Positions 1 to 12,899 of a stretch of 64,000 nucleotides of DNA are shown here, one piece after another. The notes beneath the pieces were generated by a model, which saw nothing but the letters and a program-made list of their open reading frames with translations, searched no databases and was not told the origin of the DNA. Positions within the stretch are counted from its first letter, which is position 1. Every line of letters starts with the position of its first letter. The position numbers were made by a program, and so were the translations under genes. The DNA is from Podarcis pityusensis (Eukaryota): assembly GCA_964106645.2 (NCBI GenBank), contig OZ067050.1. One strand, given 5' to 3'.

Positions 1-1426
1 GTAAGGTTGCTCTCACATGTAGAGGTCTACGCTTGAACACATGTAAACAGATACAAAATTGTCACACTTTTACTCTTAAGTTACCAGTAACATCTTCTGA
101 AGCACACATAAAACGTTGCCTCAAAACGCACGATGCTGCCTGTAAACATGCCTGCCCTCATATTCAAACACACCACTTCATTCACACATGCACAAATACC
201 TAAGTGCACACTCAAATCTGTGTACAGTCACCTCCACTCACAAAGAAACATACACAAGGGAATAGTGGGTATTGCAGTCCTCTCTTGTGCATTCACACAC
301 ATCCTTAATTTGAACAAAAAAAAAGATCACACCAACATAAATATCACATACACACACTTGATTGCATATTCATTATTTTCATATAAGGCTGATTCACACA
401 TGCACACGTCAGTTGATTTCTTATCACTTGATGAGAGACAGGCAGCTGAATGTGTGAATGCTCCATTGAAAAATATTGCATTTGAGGTGGAGTCACCAAG
501 TGATCAGTTGTGCATGAAGGAACCAGCTCTGAGATACCAACTGTCCGTCTCTTAGGTGCCTTTTAGAATGCACAGCCAGAGCCAAGTAGACACACCATCA
601 ACATAGCTATGGCTGTGGTCCTTTGCATTCATCTGGGAGAAGGAGATACAAAACAGGGTGCAGTTTATTTCTGAGTAAACTGAGCACAGGATCACGTTGC
701 CGGGCTTACAGCATAGTGTTCTCCACACAAAGAATACAAAGTCATTTCAGAACACTCATGCTGCGACACACACACACACACACACTATGCATACCATGTC
801 ATCCCAACACAGAGATCCCTGCACACACTCACAACACATGGATCCATCCTCAATTACAGATTTCTTCATATACAAATTCTGCTCGCACCTATAGTTACTT
901 ACTACACCCTTACACACAATACATACATTTAAACCCACATACTCATTTCTGCACCCAAACTCATCACATGCATGTATCACTGCAAACAGACACAGGCCAT
1001 TTCCCTTACACACAAACCCACCATATAAACCCATTTTAAGATAGGCAGAAATGCATTGCCCCGTATGTCACTTCCTATCTTAACCAGCGTAATCCTACCT
1101 AAAGAGACCCATTACTCTCTGTACATGCATCTCCATCTAAACAGTTTTCAATGAAGGAAGAACCCAAACGTCAACTTTTTAATTAAAACAAAAGCCCCTG
1201 AATCCAACTTTTCAAAACTTCCATTCTAACATTGATTTATTTGTTTGAGGGATAGTTTTAAAGAACTAAACATTAAGGTCCTGTAGATGCATTTTTAATG
1301 CAATAACATGTTCATTTGCTGAATTTAGAATGCATTACATATTAATTTTCAAAAATCACTAAATTCAAAAGTATCCATAACAGTATTTAGTTATTGCATT
1401 GATTTCCTGACTCCCCTTCTTCCGAA

Positions 1427-1500
1427 GATTCCTGCACTGCAGGCAGTTGGACTAAATAACCCTCATGGTCCCTTCCAGCTACAATTCTACGATTCTATGA
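1427..1500 (+). mobile_element. CR1-type 3' end fragment
   Basis: GTTGGACTA..GGTCCCTTCCA..ATTCTACGATTCTATGA terminal octamer repeats. Confidence 0.7.
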
Positions 1501-1601
1501 TGAAACCTAAGGTGGTATACACACACAGGCTCCCACCCTGGCCTTGGCCCAAATCGAGATCAGTCTTCATTTCACCTGGGCAGGCTGCATTATGTGTCTA
1601 G

Positions 1602-1602
<1 letters not shown>

Positions 1603-1636
<34 letters not shown>
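1603..1636. repeat. (AAT)n microsatellite
   Basis: Direct reading. Confidence 0.95.
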
Positions 1637-4613
1637 GGTGGGTGTTTGTTTGTTTTTAAAAAGAATAATATGAATTTAGAGGGCAAGGGAAATGCAGGCA
1701 AAATTGGGTCAGGAGAAATTGTTTGAGAATCTATTTTTTCCTCCACATGTATTTTAAGTCTCTATTATGCACTCATGCAAACCCTCCCACATTCTTTCTC
1801 TCTCACTAGTTTCTCCTTCCCACTCCACTCCACTTTCCCTACTTCTTCATCTCACAGCCCAGGAAATTGGATGGTGCGGCAATAGTGCTGGAGAAGAGAC
1901 ATTTGCCTCCTCACCTGCCTAAAGCCAAGCCAATTCTCTCTTTTGTACTGAGAAACATTGCACAGCCACACAGAAACACACAGTCCCCCTCTGCAATGAC
2001 ACAAGAGTACAGGAGAGGGGGGTGTTGGGACTGGGTGAGCTACAGGCCAAGGAGGTTCCTTGGAGATGGCCAAGGGTTGTAGCCAAAGCTGGTTCTTCTC
2101 AGTGCAGACCACTGAAATGAATAGGCATGATTAACTTAGGCCCACGAATTCTAGTAGGTCTGCTCTGAGTACAGCTAGCACTGGCCATACTGGTAATCCC
2201 CAGTGTAAAACTTCATGTGCAGGAAAGGGGAGAAGGAAGAACTGGAGGGGAGGATGGATAGGTCAGGGGGGACTATAGAGAGGGAAGCAGAGGCCATAAG
2301 GAGGAGGAAGTAGCCATGGGGGGAGGGCAAACAGTGGGGCACTGAAATTTCAAGGGATAGCATGGGATAGAGGGTGAACTGGGGTGACCCACCAATGGGA
2401 GTATAGGAGAGCAACCACAGCTAGGAGGGAGAGAGGAGATTTAGGGGGAGGAACCCCACAAGAAAAGTGTGGGTGCACTGGGGTCAAAAGTCATGTGGGA
2501 GAAAGTGGGGGCAAGGAGAAGACTGAAGGGGTCCTAAAGGTGGAGGAGAGCATAGAGGCTACCTAGCCCCTCAGCTTCAGGAAGATCATCATCAGGGTCC
2601 GTAGAGAAGTCAGCAAGGGAAGCCGGGTCCACTGCAGGAGGCAGGATCTGGCCGAAGATAGGAGGAGGAGCTGAGAGAGAACCAGAGTCAAGTGGGGCAA
2701 GAGTGGGGAGTCATGGGGCAGATAGGTTTCTACCTAGAAGAGAGAAAGGAATTGGTTCGTTAGTGTAAAGGGGGGGGGGGAGAGTCGGAGCCCAGCAGGT
2801 GCAGCAGTATGGGGAGAGGGCTGGGAGTCGGAAGTGGGGGAAGTGGGAACTGGAGGAGATAGCAAGGAAGGAGGGAGGGAGGGAGGGAGGGAGGGAGGAG
2901 GGGGTCAGTGGAGAAGGAAAACTGGCTGGTGGCCAAGAGAGGGAGAGATGAATTGGGAAGCGGTCAATGGCAGCAGAAGGACAGTGCAGAAGCAGTAGAT
3001 TTAGTCTCCCTTCGAGAGGAAGGGGACGTTGAAGAAAGGGGGCGAAGTGAAGGAGAAGCAAAAAGAGGGGGGGGTCTGGGAAGATGGGGCAGGAGGCAAG
3101 GAAGGAGAGAGAGAGAGAGAGAGAGAGGGAAGGAAGGGTGCTAGAGGGGTGGAACGAGTCGATATAAAAGTGAGCAGGGTGCTAAGATTGGGTGGGTAGT
3201 TCTCGTGGTGAAAGAGATGGGGAGAGGGGACAGAAGAGGCCCCTGAATGAGAATAAGTGGCATTTCTCCTACACGTGAAGCTCAGGCGAGCATCTATTTT
3301 GCCACCGTTACACTTTGAGTGTGGAGATTGCAGAGCTGCTTCCAAACTTAATGTGGTAAAGGGGCAAACTAGGATCTGCCTGATTTCTGTGCAATGAGGG
3401 AGATATGAGGGCAAGTCTCCATGCAGGAAAAGTGTGTGTGAAGTGACCCTAGGCTAAGCAGAGGATGGAGGGGGGAAAGGCAGAAGTTCCCAGGGAAAGA
3501 AGGACAGCCATAAGAGAGTAGAGAAGGGAGATGTGGCAACACATGGAAGCAGGGAAGGAGGGGAGACCATGAAGAAGGAAGAAAGGAGAAGAGGAAGAGG
3601 GTTGATGAGGAAGACAAAGTCAGCAGAAGAAAGGAAAGGGGTAGAAGGAGGGAAGGATGTGAGGCTGTGACAGAGAAGAAATGAATGAAGGGTGAGAATG
3701 AATGGAGGACAGAAAAGAGGGGAGAGAGGGAGGCCAGAGAGATGAATGGGTATCCTAGGACTTGGAGATAATGATGGCAGATCTGCATGGACAGGCACTT
3801 GGAGAGGATAATGGAGCGCCAGGGGTGATGGCATGAAGCCTGCAGTGAAGGACTGCCGTGATGGTCCACAGGGGTCGAAAAACGATGGTGGCAGAGGGCT
3901 GTGGAGGGAACTGAAAAAGAGAAGGGGATGCAGAGGGCAGGAGGGAGGGGGAGAGAGAGATGGGGGGGTAGAAGGAGGGAAGGCTGTGTGTGAGGATGGA
4001 AGAGATGGAGTGGGAGTGACAGAAAGAGGAGAGAGTGATAATGGCAGAGGGATGCAGTGGCAATGTCGGTCATTACGAGAGGGATGGGAGGAAGGAGAGT
4101 GGAGAAGCGTACATGGTGGGATGGGGAGGGCGAAGGCGTAACGCAGCAGGGAGCGCGAGTGGCCAAGAAGCGCCATGGAGGGAGCGAGAGGAAGGAGGGG
4201 TGAGGATGGCAGGGGCCACGGGGCGCGGACAATGGAAAGGACGGCGGTCCGAGCGGAGTGTCGGCGTGCGGATGGATGGATGGTGGGACGGGAGCGATGG
4301 AGGGCAGCGAGCGGAGGGAGAGCGGCCGAGGCTGCGGAGGGCTGTGGCGGAGCAGCCGTCCGCACTCACCTTCCCTGTCCCTTTCTCTCTCTCTCTCTGT
4401 CCCTCTCTTTCGCAGACCCCGGCGCTGCGCCGCGGGCTCTTTCTCTGCCAACTCCTGCCTCCTCCTCCTGCTGCTGCTGCTACTGCGCCCGCCCCGTCTA
4501 GAAAGAGCCTCGCCCCCCTCCCCTCTTGGCCGCGCTCCCTCCTGCCTTCTCCTTTCCCCGCGGCAGGAGGGGTGGGGGGAGAGGGGGTGGGCCGAGGAGG
4601 AGGAGGGGCCAGG

Positions 4614-4637
4614 ATGACGCCTCGCGCCCTGATTTGA
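4614..4637 (+). promoter_or_regulatory. Short upstream ORF (MTPRALI*) in the putative 5' UTR
   Basis: aggATGACGCCTCGCGCCCTGATTTGA, with A at -3; ends 49 nt before the main AUG. TSS position unknown. Confidence 0.5.
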
Positions 4638-4686
4638 CACCTGCGCACCGTCGGGGGGCGGCCCCCCGCCTCGGCCCGCGCCGCCG

Positions 4687-5286
4687 ATGCTGAGCTCAGT
4701 GTGCGTCTCCTCTTTCCGCGGGCGCAAGTCTGGGAACAAGCCGCCGTCCAAGTCATGTTTGAAAGGGGAGATGGGCCGGAACGAAGACAACGACAAGATA
4801 GTCATCAACGTGGGCGGCATCCGGCATGAGACGTACCGCAGCACCCTCAAGACCCTGCCGGGCACGCGGCTGTCGTGGCTCACCGAGCCCGACGCCTGCA
4901 GCAACTTCGACTACGACCCCAAGGCCGACGAGTTCTTCTTCGACCGGCACCCGCAGGTCTTCGCCTACGTGCTCAACTACTACCGCACGGGGAAGCTGCA
5001 CTGCCCGGCCGACGTGTGCGGGCCCCTCTTCGAGGAGGAGCTGGCCTTCTGGGGCATCGACGAGACCGACGTGGAAGCCTGCTGCTGGATGAACTACCGG
5101 CAGCACCGCGACGCCGAGGAGGCCCTCGACAGCTTCGAGACGCCCGAGAGCCAGGACGATGAGGAGAGCGGAGACCTCAAGCGCCACTGCCTGCAGGAGG
5201 ACGGGCGCAAGCTGGGCCGGTGGGCCGCCATGCAGCCCAAGGTGTGGGCGCTCTTCGAGGACCCCTACTCCTCCAGGATGGCCAGG
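4687..5286 (+). CDS. KCNC3: KCNC3 (Kv3.3) coding exon 1: N-terminal inactivation peptide and T1/BTB tetramerisation domain
   Basis: Translation [13 protein letters not shown]...[14 protein letters not shown]...EFFFDRHP...DVEACCWM...[14 protein letters not shown]. 600 nt, ending at AGG|GTGAGT (phase 0) at the conserved Kv3 junction. [28 protein letters not shown] and DVEACC favour Kv3.3 over Kv3.1/3.2/3.4. Confidence 0.95.
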
Positions 5287-8200
5287 GTGAGTAGCGCGGG
5301 GCTGGGGGCTTGGGGCACCCACCCGCTCACCTAGATGCTTCCTCGGGCTCACCTGATGTGGGCAGCATGGAGGAGCAGGATAGAGATACCTATGGCTGCT
5401 GCTGCTGCTATTGCTGTTAGCATCGTGACTACTAGCATTGAGGCTCTTGTCCCCACTAGTGGCACAGGGGAAGGCAAGCAGGGGAGCGGGGAGGCAGGGT
5501 CCCTGCCCCCAGGAACTTACAGATCTAAATGTTGACAAGAGGAGTCAGGGGAGAGTAGCAGAATAGGGGCAAGCATAGTTAAGGCTGGCAGAAGTTAATC
5601 CCACTCTGTTCATTGGGGCTTATTGCCAAGGAAGTGCAGAAAGGTTTGAGGGCAGCCTTGGTTTGTGTAGGGGAGAGGAGAGGCGAGCATCCTAGCTTTT
5701 CTCTCCCTCCCTTACACTGAGTCAGGTCCCAGGTGCATTTAGCCCAGAATGACTACTCCGACAGGAGATGGCTTTGCAAGGTCTCAGGCAGGGTCTTCCT
5801 CAGTCCTGCTACTTTTCACTTGGAGAGGGAAAAATTAAAGCTGGGACCGTCTGAGTCCAAAGCATGAGCTCTGCCTCCCTGAACTGAGTTCGTTCTCTCA
5901 GTCTCTGGTTATGGCTGGAGGTGGGACAGAGTAAGCAGGAGAAATTTCTCTTTAAATGTTCTTTTGCTTGTTTCGCAATTGTCCCTTGGCTCTGTTCAAC
6001 AGCAGGCCTTCTAGCCTTCTTCTTTGCTGTAAACCCTGACAACTTCCCAAAGAAACCTCCCCCCCCCCCGATATTGTACTTTTAAGAGAAAGGGGTGCAA
6101 GGGGCAGGTGGAAAAGGTGAGATGTAAATAGTCAAGAGTGGAGGTGCAGGCTAATGTTGGAGGTGCAGTTGAGATGTGCAAGACTTGTCCCAAGCAAAAT
6201 GGGCAGTGCCACAATGCGCAGACTAGCGCAGAGGGACTGGTGTGCAAGGGTCCATGTGCAATGCTTGGTAAGCATGGATGGATGTGGAAATGTGGCGGGG
6301 GGGGAGAGAGAAGGATGTGTGAGTGGCACTAGGTGCTGGAGGTGAAGGCAGATTATGCAGTAGAAAAGATGAGGTTGCCAGTCTGAGTGTGCAAACAGAA
6401 CAGACTGAGAAATGGAGATGTTCTGCAGGCAGGGATGTTTTTCAGGAGCTGATGGCACCAGTCACATCTTAGGCACACACAAGCGATGTGCACCGTGCAC
6501 TGAAGTGCCCTGTAGAGAGAACATATAATAAGTCAGATGCTGCAAACAGACATCTAGAAGAAGGAATGGTTGGCTGGGAGAATACAGAATGTGGAAGGGA
6601 GAATGGTGCAGGTTTCAGAGGTGTGCAAGGGCACTGGAAGAGGTGCACTCAGCCATGTTGAGGCATGAAAAATGTTGCAGAAAATAGGAGAGGTTAATGT
6701 GCAGGCTAAGAGGGGGTGACTGAATGAGCCTGAATGATAGAGAGGGGCAGTGATTCCGGTTCAGAGAAAGCGTACAAGAGACCCAAGTGTGAGAAATGGA
6801 ACTCTAAGGAGAAAGGAGCATGAGGAAAGGAAGGGGGATCATGCAAGGAATGCTGCTGGTGGCAGTGAAAACGGGGTGCAAGAAAAAAAAGTTGAGCTCA
6901 AGAGTTGAGCACCACGGGACACGAGCGTGCGAATGAGTGTAGTAGTGTGTAGCAGCAGGAGGATCCAGACACGCATGCGCTGGGCTTATGACTTGCTTAT
7001 CGGTGTCAGGGTGAATGCCTTGATCTCCAGCAGGAGGTGCTGCTAAAACAGCTCCAAGTCCTTTCTTCACTGTCCCCCAAAATAAGGTCCCCTGTCCTCC
7101 TCCTCTCTGGTCTCCCCCATCCCCTCCACACACAGTTTATCTCAGGTCTCACTTGCGCCCTTCCTGAATTTTGGAATCCTCTGGTCTCACTGCAGTTTTG
7201 CGTAGTCCCCCCGCCCCCACTGCATGCCCCACTGCCAAATCTAGGGATCTTTCATTTTCTCTCCATTCAGCCCAAATCGACATCATCTATCCAGGGAGAA
7301 ACTCCAGATCTCCTCCCCCAATCTTCAGCAATGCAGTTCTGAATTGGCTCCCCCCCCCCCTTCCCAGTGTGCTTGAATAATGCTGCTCAAAACTGCCCCC
7401 TTCCCAGACACTGCAGTTTAGAATCCCCCATCCTGCACTGCACCCCCAAATATCACTCCCCTTACTGCATCCCCCCCGTTCTTTTCCCCTTTTCTTTTTT
7501 TAGCCTATGCAGCTAAAGCCTTTCCTGTATAACTTCTTTTTGCAGAGCAGCTGAAAGGGGGGGGTAATGAAAGACTGCTGCTTGTTCTCTCTCTCCTTCC
7601 CCCCCACCCCCGGCAACCCCTCCAGCATTACCTCTAGGACAATATTAGTGCTTTGCTATCTCTAGAACTGCAGAGCCAGCGGGTTGAGAAGGGGGGGGGA
7701 GGGGGCACCGCAGTGCAGTGTGGAAGCCCCAGAGTTTGCAGTGCAAAGCCGGCATTCTGCAATCCATTCCCCCTCCCCTCGCCCCAGGCAGCTGTTCTCA
7801 AGGGTGCAAGGCCTGTCCGGTCCCTTTATTCAGCCCCCCCTTCCTCCCCCATGCAGTTGGGAATGCAGCCAGAAAAAGTTACAGCAGGGAGGAAGAGAGG
7901 GCAGGAGTGTTGGGGAGCAGGGAAAGGAGGGGGTTTGCTGGCAGTGGGAGCCAAGAAACCAACGGGACTATGAGGCAATGCTGCATTCAGGTGGACATCA
8001 CGTCAGGGATTCCATAAACAGAGGAGCTGGTTGAGAACCGAAGCCAGCATCTCCCCACTACCAGCCGATATAACGGTGGCTCCCCACTTAATGCATTTAC
8101 AGAAATGGCATATGTGTGCTATAACTACAGTAGCGACCCCTCCCCCCCGCAACCTTCTCTCTTTGGGCATTTGTGCATGAATAAGAGAAAGACGCAAATC

Positions 8201-9367
8201 AGTACTGAAGTTTGCAAAGTTGGGGGGGGGAGTTGAGGTTCATGCCCCAAGCACAGTGTTTGAATTACCTGCTTATGAAAAAGGATGCGAAGAGATTGGC
8301 CCCCATCCACCACTATCCTCGCCATTCAGGCAGGCAGAAGGAAAGAATATGGACTGGGGAAGAGGAAATAGAAAACCATATCGGTGGACAGCATAGTGAA
8401 TAGATTGATGGGCCAAAATGCACTTCTGAATAATGCTTCTCCAATACGCAAAGACACATTTGCTTCGTTTTCGTTCACTCTGCACACACCAGCATGCATA
8501 TTTTATAGTGATGCATAGGCAGGCTGGGGCTACAAAATCTGTACCAGAGCATATTTGTTAGCTGCATCTAAGTCCCTACATATCAGAGAGGGGTAAAGTA
8601 TGTGCGTTGAGAGAACAAATAGACAATGATTGAATAAAGACACACACGGAGATCCTCTTCTTCCTCTCCTTCCCAGATCTTTTCACACCACAATCGTTCT
8701 TTTTAAGTTTGGCTTTTCTTTATCAGTTTGCACCTTCTTTTAAACTGGACTGCGTCCCAACGTTGATCCTGGAAGCACTTCAAGTCCCTTCATGGTATAT
8801 AGACAAGGAAAAAGTTCCAGAGGGGCAGCTGCATTAATGTGGTGCACCAAATATAAACCAAGAGGCAACCTTAAAAGTTTTGTCACGGGCTCAACGGCAG
8901 TTCCTTGAGTAATTATGTATAATCATGTATATATTCCCATTTGTGTGGGTAGAGAAACACATTATATAACATAATTTGATTAAACCCAATGTAATTCCGA
9001 GCGTGTTTGCTTGGAAGTTCAGTGGGACTTTGCAGCTAGCAAATGTGCTCAGGGTTGCAGTCTCAAATTGTCATTTGTAGTGTACAAATGGCGCTTACTC
9101 ATAAATTAAAGACAAAGTGCAGGTATGTGTACATATGCCTGTATGCAAATGGAAAGCATAAATATATGTGCTCACGACTGTTATTTCCCTTTACATTTCT
9201 CCCAACACTACTATTTTGTACTTTAACCACGTTTGAAGTATGGCATGAGAGTTTATTTCTTCATTAGCTGTGTGGACAGCAAACTCATACGTATACTCAC
9301 AGCTACATAACAATTAGGGGGAATATCACAGGCAAAGCAGCTTCATCTTTGTAATAAGGTTCCTGTA

Positions 9368-9422
9368 TATTATATTATACATTATATTATATTATATTAT
9401 ATTATATTATATTATGATATAT
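9368..9422. repeat. (ATATT)n microsatellite
   Basis: Direct reading. Confidence 0.9.
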
Positions 9423-11692
9423 TTTTAGGTATACATGCACGAGGGAACAAAGTATGGCCACGTAACTCAGACAAGCCTGTTTTCAGTACACAAAGGGTTA
9501 TATGGAATAAATGGGGAATGTGTTCTTTCAGGGAGCATGTTTAAAATGATGAAAATCAGATAAGTATCATTTACCACTGCATGCATTTTTAACGCCCAGA
9601 TCCTTGTTCAGGGCAAATCTGCACTTTTTAATCAAATTGGGAACTAGGAACCCAGACTTCAGCATCATATAAAATGGATGATTTTTTTCTTTTCCTGCCA
9701 GCCTTGCAAGGGAAGTTCTGAGTTAAAACCCAATATACCCTTCTCTGTAATCAGCTATAAAGTTGAACCTTGGACCAAAAAAGGTTGATGCATCCAAAGT
9801 ATTTGTGTCTGTCCAGCAGACTGAGAGCCAGTACCAGCTTCTGCGCTAAGGGAATTTATTTTTAACCAAGTTCACCTCTGCCTCTCCATCCCATCCTCAC
9901 CTGTGATGTGCAAACATTGCTTTTATTCTTGAGGCTGAAAGAGAAGGCAAAGTCTTTTTGTCCTATAGGAGGCACTAGAGAGACAGTGCCAACACTGCAA
10001 CAGAGCCGAGTCTTTCTTTTATCCTTTTAGCAAACTCTGCACAAATTTCCGTGTCCCTTTGCTGGAGATCCTTGCTGTGCCCCCTTCCCTTTCATATTAA
10101 TTCTCTGGCTTTCGTCTTCCCTGCATGATTAGCAAGCCAGTGCAGAAATTCTGGTTCAGCTTCTTAGGGAATTCAAAGGAGAGTAGATATGTGGGGGAAG
10201 GGAGGGGGGAGAGAGGATTTTTTTTTTTAAAAAAAGGCTTTTAATGACTCTTGTGAATAATGACTGCAGAAAGGGAACAGATTCCAGATGCTGGCAAGAG
10301 CCAGCTACAAAGGGTGGCTTCTCTTATTTATTACAATGTGGGGCTCAAGCATCTCAATTTTCTAGTCTCCCCTTGTGCTAGTTTAAACACCTCCTCACTC
10401 AGAGAGTTCTGGCATTCAGCAGCCCAATTCAAATTTGCCAGCCTCCATTCTTGTCCCAAAGGCTACAGAAGTTCTGGTCCTGAACACCATTTTAACCCAC
10501 AAGCCCATCTCCTTCTCCAATGAATCTAGGAGACCTAGTTGCCAGCTCTCACTGTTTTAACCTCCTAGACTCAACACTCCTCTAATTCAACTACCCCTAT
10601 CCCAGTATATCCACTCCCCTGATTTAAAAAACCAGCAGTTCTAGAGCAGTTCTCATATTTCCCCCTGCAAATCCAACTTCTTTCATGGCAATTGGGGAAT
10701 TGTCATTGCCATTGTCCCTCCTCATTTCACGCTCCTGGAGCCTTATCTGCTACCTACTCGGTGACCCAGTAAATCTCCCCTTGTATTCCCTAGAGTCACT
10801 CTTTGTCCCCCAAATCAAGAGTCCTGCCATGTAATTCTGCCTCTGCTCTTAAACCACTAAACTCAGTGGGTCAAAATTTCAGATATCCAGTTAACTGAAT
10901 ACGGATTCATAGTGCAGGTTAGAGCGGTAGGTACTCTTAAAGCCTTCTGTCCACTCAATTTCCTTCCAAGACCAAGATGATCCTGGCTTTGCACGTACAT
11001 ACATACGCACGCACACATCCCAACTCAGTAATTCCAGTCTTTCCACAGAAGCTCTTGCATATTCTTTCAAACATGCATTCTCACACTCTATCACTTTTGA
11101 TCCTGTGTGACCTCAGTGGTGCCATCTGTGCCCCACTCAGAATGAAAGGAAGCCCTCTTCCTGCCCCGCCAATGCAGCAGGACTGGCTTACTGCATTTCA
11201 AAATAAGTGAAGATACACATTGCCATCTAAACAGGGACCCCATGTGGGACCGCACTGTCCACAATCTTAACTTACTTCACTGCACCGCCGTGTGGCTTTG
11301 CTCAATAACTCAGCAATCCGAGCATCCCATTCCTTCCCTACTTTCTGTCAATCTGTAGACTCACCCCCTGCTTTCAGTTCACAGAGCCCAAACATCTTTA
11401 CTGTCCGTTTGGTCCTCTCTCCTCACTATCTGACCCCTCTACATACCCTTCACAGAAACCCCTGGAATTTCAGAAACCTCTCTTGCCAAATCACACTTTA
11501 CTCCTTTTCATCAACTTTTCCTCTGAAAATCATGGGTGCCTGGGGGTCCCTGAGCAATCCTTTACCCACAGCTCTCCACAGGAAGCAAATCCCACCCCCA
11601 CTCCCCCTCCAGTATTGTGGAAAGATGCCCACTTTTACCCCAGGCGCTGAAGGACTATTGCGGTTTAATCCATTCCCTCCCCTTCATTCCTT

Positions 11693-11713
11693 GCCGCTCT
11701 CCATGGTACTGAA
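11693..11713 (-). promoter_or_regulatory. RE1/NRSE (REST-binding) element in intron 1
   Basis: Minus strand reads TTCAGTACCATGGAGAGCGGC versus consensus TTCAGCACCACGGACAGCGCC. Canonical half-site spacing with commonly tolerated variants; host is a neuronal gene. Confidence 0.75.
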
Positions 11714-11758
11714 CTGCAGTGTTACATCCAGTAATAGCGGCAGCAAAGGGAGAGAATT

Positions 11759-11762
11759 CACA

Positions 11763-11807
<45 letters not shown>
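11759..11807. repeat. Compound (CA)n(GA)n microsatellite
   Basis: Direct reading. Confidence 0.95.
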
Positions 11808-11810
<3 letters not shown>

Positions 11811-12899
11811 TCTCCCTGCCTGTAAGAATAGAGGTTATTCTATGATGCTATGTATAGAGAGAGGAAGAAAATGATAGAACTGGAGAGAAAATTAATAAAT
11901 TAGTACACTGTGTCAGGTGGGGCGCGGTGTTGACATACATAATGTCCAGTTCAGCCATTAATACTCTGAAGAAAGGGCCAAAGCACTGCAGCCTCGGGTG
12001 CCCCCTTTTTTTAAAAAAAAAAAAGGCTGGCATTGAGGTGTGTGCATTTGAGAGCAAGGTCGTTTGAGCATCTTTACTTAGTTGCATAATAGTTTAATGT
12101 GACACAGATTTCACATGAGAGGGGCGAAGAGGGGGTGAGGGAGCTGAAAGATGGGGTGAGAAAGGATGACAGCCAAGGCCATATATATATCGGGAAGTCT
12201 GCCTTGCTTTATGAGCTCCTGGGCCCCTTATTGTGCCCAGGCAGAAGGATGTATGTGTGGTAGACTTTGGAAAGAGCAGCAAGACCATAATATGGGAATA
12301 GTGAGGAGACTGGACAAGGGAGAGGCTGTCTTAGCCTTCTCCACAAAAATGCTGACTTCTGTTCAATAAATAAACTCCAGGACCCCAGACTTGAAACCGG
12401 TCTGCTAAATTCCCTCGTCCTCCGCTGCCTCTCCAGTGGCCTTTATGCCCCTCCCCATTTTTCTCCCCTTCCAGAAGGGAGCTAAATCACAGCTTGTTTT
12501 CTACCTCTGGCCTGAAATCAACCTTAAGTCTTTCCCCTCTCAACACTCCTTCCTCAGTTTTTTCTCCATCCTTCAGCCTCTGACCCCTGCCCATAAACCC
12601 ATGCCTTCCCCCCTCTCCTTTTTGCTGATAATGTATCTGCTAACCTTCACCTCACAGATTTTTCTCAGCACCTTTTTCTTTACCTCACAGTTCTTTCTTG
12701 ACCTCCATTCCCCAGTTTTCTTCTTATCATGCTCCCTGCATTAAGCCGAACTTTGTTCCAAAACACCTTCTCCAAACCATTCCGCTCACTGTGTTCTCAC
12801 TGCCAGCCCTCTCTGCTGCTCCCCACTTGTGAGACACTTGCAGCAGTCATCACCTTACTCTAGAGCTTCCTCGATGAGGGGGGAAAGAATGAAATGCAT

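Larger units (their letters stand above)
4060..5330. promoter_or_regulatory. CpG island covering the promoter, 5' UTR and exon 1
   Basis: Dense CpG and high GC against a CpG-depleted background; GC-box-like GGGGCGG and CCGCCC sequences. Confidence 0.85.

Noticed and set aside
4687-4773. Calling the gene KCNC4 from its N-terminus
   Set aside because: T1, pore turret (ADPDDI.GS.HT), [16 protein letters not shown], exon 3 and the NANAA.W tail all match Kv3.3.
3369-4904. 511-aa and 303-aa minus-strand ORFs over the promoter
   Set aside because: Low-complexity Pro/Ser/Leu translations caused by the C/T-rich, stop-poor strand and the antisense of GC-rich exon 1; no domain.
6905-6925. RE1-like TTGAGCACCACGGGACA
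   Set aside because: Non-canonical half-site spacing and a poor 3' end; much weaker than the 11693 site.
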